Positions 61,997-64,000 of a DNA stretch of 64,000 nucleotides are shown in pieces. The position numbers and the translations under genes are program-made. Source of the DNA: Bdellovibrionales bacterium (GTDB lineage Bacteria > Bdellovibrionota > Bdellovibrionia > Bdellovibrionales > JAGQZY01); assembly GCA_031426555.1 (NCBI GenBank), contig JANPLN010000002.1, forward strand, positions 64,001-128,000, in the 5' to 3' direction. The first letter of the stretch is position 1; each line of letters begins with the position of its first letter. Under the pieces are notes generated by a model. It saw only the letters and a program-made list of their open reading frames with translations. It did not search any database and was not told where the DNA came from.

Positions 61997-62944
61997 TTAC
62001 AAGCAGGTGACTCTGTTGCGACCGGAATTTTTTGAGGCGTAGAGGGCGGAGTCTGATTTCGAAAACAACTCATCAAACGTGCTCATCTCGGGCTCCATTT
62101 CGGAAATTCCAATGGATATAGTCACGGGGATCTTTTTGCTATCAAAAACAAATTCATGCTTTTCGATGGTTGCACGAATACGCTCGCCGATCTCTTCGCC
62201 AATTTTAATGTTGGTTGCCATAAGAACGATAACAAACTCTTCTCCACCAAAACGTGCAAAATAGTCATCTCCGCGAATGAGCTTGGACTGGATGACTGTG
62301 GCCAGTTCCTTCAACACATAGTCTCCAGCCTGGTGGCTGTAGCCGTCGTTGATTTTTTTAAAATGATCTAAATCAAAGACCAAAAGACTCAACGGCACTC
62401 CAAGTAATTTAGCTCTTTTAACAAGCTCTGGCCCTTTTACGCTGAGGGCCCCTTTGTTCCAAATTGTTGTCAGAGCATCCTTCTCGCTTTTTTGCTGAAG
62501 ATTTTGCGCGGCAACAGCTTCAAGACTGCCTTGTGCTAGATATTTAAAAAGAACGTTGCCTACTTTAATTTGGTCATTGTTTTCGAGTTTTTTAGGTACG
62601 AAAGGTGGAACAGCGGTTCCGTTTACAATTGTTTTGTTAGTAGAATCTAAATCGATGATAGAGACTTCGCCGAATGAATGTGTGAGCTTTGCATGGGATT
62701 TACTCACGCTGCGATCATCGATAAAAACGTTTGCGCCCATTGAGCGACCGATAATGATATCATCGCCATCAATGCTCCAGTGGCGTCCTACATATCCTGC
62801 AGGGCCCATCAACAAAACCATGGACGGTGGCATTTTAGACATCTGTTGCAAACGGCGGTCAAACGTGAGCGTTTGAACGATGCTTGTTTTTTCTTCGGTC
62901 ACCGTGCTGTTGTCGTCAAAGTCTTTTTTCTTGGCAGAAGACAT
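61997..62944 (-). CDS. dgcB: FHA-GGDEF diguanylate cyclase, DgcB-like
   Basis: N-terminal EKTSIV, FHA GRS...SVSKSHA...STNKT, RGDD I-site, GGEEF; adjacent to pgi. Confidence 0.88.
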   Translation of the reverse strand: MSSAKKKDFDDNSTVTEEKTSIVQTLTFDRRLQQMSKMPPSMVLLMGPAGYVGRHWSIDGDDIIIGRSMGANVFIDDRSVSKSHAKLTHSFGEVSIIDLDSTNKTIVNGTAVPPFVPKKLENNDQIKVGNVLFKYLAQGSLEAVAAQNLQQKSEKDALTTIWNKGALSVKGPELVKRAKLLGVPLSLLVFDLDHFKKINDGYSHQAGDYVLKELATVIQSKLIRGDDYFARFGGEEFVIVLMATNIKIGEEIGERIRATIEKHEFVFDSKKIPVTISIGISEMEPEMSTFDELFSKSDSALYASKNSGRNRVTCL

Positions 62945-62988
62945 TCTGCTCTCCCTCGAAAGTCCTTATAAGATATTACGGTCTCTTT

Positions 62989-64000
62989 TTAAGAAAACTT
63001 GAGAGAATTCGATAAAATAAGTCGAGTCAGAACCTTGCCGCGTTCAACGCCGGGCTGATTAAAGGGATCCAATTTATTCATCAGGCCCAAAGTCGCAACT
63101 GTGAGTTGGAAGGTCATGAGCAGGTAACCCACGCTTTCTTCGTCCAGCTTTTCTGTCTGCAGCGTGAGCGTGGCAACACCCGCTTCGTTGAGAGCCTGCT
63201 GGATGGCCGAAGCCTCCGCGGAGAGCAACTGCCCTAAGTTTTTACCTAGCAGCTGATCTTCCTTGAGAAGAAGAACCTGCTCATTCAAGACTGGCCCAAA
63301 ATTCTCCGACTCTTTGACCCTTAAGAAACACGCCATTTTCTGCTGCGTCCCCTCTGAGATCTGCTGCAACACAGAATGCTGATCTGTGGCCCCTCGACAG
63401 GCGTAGGGCACACTCATCGCCGGCGCGGGTAACAAATCCTTGGTTACTTTTTTCCCAAGAGATTCAGCCCACAACTGCTGCAACCATTGACCCCAAAACT
63501 TGAGATCATCGCAGTACGAAAGAAAATACGTTGTCGTTTCCCCACGGGATAGGCTGCATGCAAATTGACTGATGGTTTGGCACAACTCTTCTTTTTGCTG
63601 TACAGCTAATTCCGCACCCTTCAGCATCTGCGCAACATTCATTCCCAAAAGATGAAATAAAAACGTACCCACCGGGGTCAGAACAGAAAATCTCCCTCCC
63701 ACACTTAAGGGTACTTCGAGCTGTGGCACATTGAACTTCTGGGCCCAGTCGCGAAGCGGACTGCTTTTAAATTCGGTCACTACCACCGACTTTTGGTGCA
63801 AATGAAGTTGATGTTTTTCCCATAAAAACTGTTCTAAAAAATCGGCTTGCGCCAGGGTCTCGACTGTACCACCACTTTTCGAAACCAACACCCACAACGT
63901 TCGCGAAACGTTTTTGAGTCCATGAATTTTACGAAAAAAACTTTTTGCATCCACATTGTCAAAAAAGACCACTTTTTTACTCTCGAGATCCTGCGGAGCT
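62989..64000 (-). CDS. pgi: Glucose-6-phosphate isomerase, partial (5' end beyond the window)
   Basis: SKSGGTVET, VGGRFSVLT, QLWAESLGK, DQHS, PFNQPGVE.GK; frame open to the window end. Confidence 0.95.
   Translation of the reverse strand, partial: APQDLESKKVVFFDNVDAKSFFRKIHGLKNVSRTLWVLVSKSGGTVETLAQADFLEQFLWEKHQLHLHQKSVVVTEFKSSPLRDWAQKFNVPQLEVPLSVGGRFSVLTPVGTFLFHLLGMNVAQMLKGAELAVQQKEELCQTISQFACSLSRGETTTYFLSYCDDLKFWGQWLQQLWAESLGKKVTKDLLPAPAMSVPYACRGATDQHSVLQQISEGTQQKMACFLRVKESENFGPVLNEQVLLLKEDQLLGKNLGQLLSAEASAIQQALNEAGVATLTLQTEKLDEESVGYLLMTFQLTVATLGLMNKLDPFNQPGVERGKVLTRLILSNSLKFS

Overview
This is a gene-dense bacterial chromosomal window. Gene content points to a predatory Bdellovibrionota (Bdellovibrio-like) genome (inference): a complete Agl-Glt gliding cluster, TIGR02147, an FHA-GGDEF DgcB next to pgi, and a QNC-type lipobox. 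Core blocks are a peripheral-arm-only nuo cluster (B-CD-E-F-G-I), kdsB-pyrG-kdsD-kdsC, a 10-gene Agl/Glt cluster, lptC(A)-lptB-rpoN, engB, polA, eno, PIN-PhoH, dgcB and pgi (partial). Accessory genes include many secreted or lipoprotein hypotheticals, a frameshift-split HEXXH protease, three tandem beta-barrel paralogues, an AT-rich two-gene cassette, an imelysin/di-heme operon and an ECF/STAS-like module. I saw no rRNA, tRNA, CRISPR array, transposase or prophage. The most unusual signals are non-coding: (1) long REPIN-like hairpins with locus-specific arms but conserved cores, one placed symmetrically between two divergent start codons; (2) recurring sigma28-like and sigma54-like promoters; (3) repeated leaderless-type -10/start-codon geometry; (4) an unannotated 36-aa lipoprotein; (5) an RBS-sequestering hairpin. 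All family assignments come from motif recognition by eye, not database searches.
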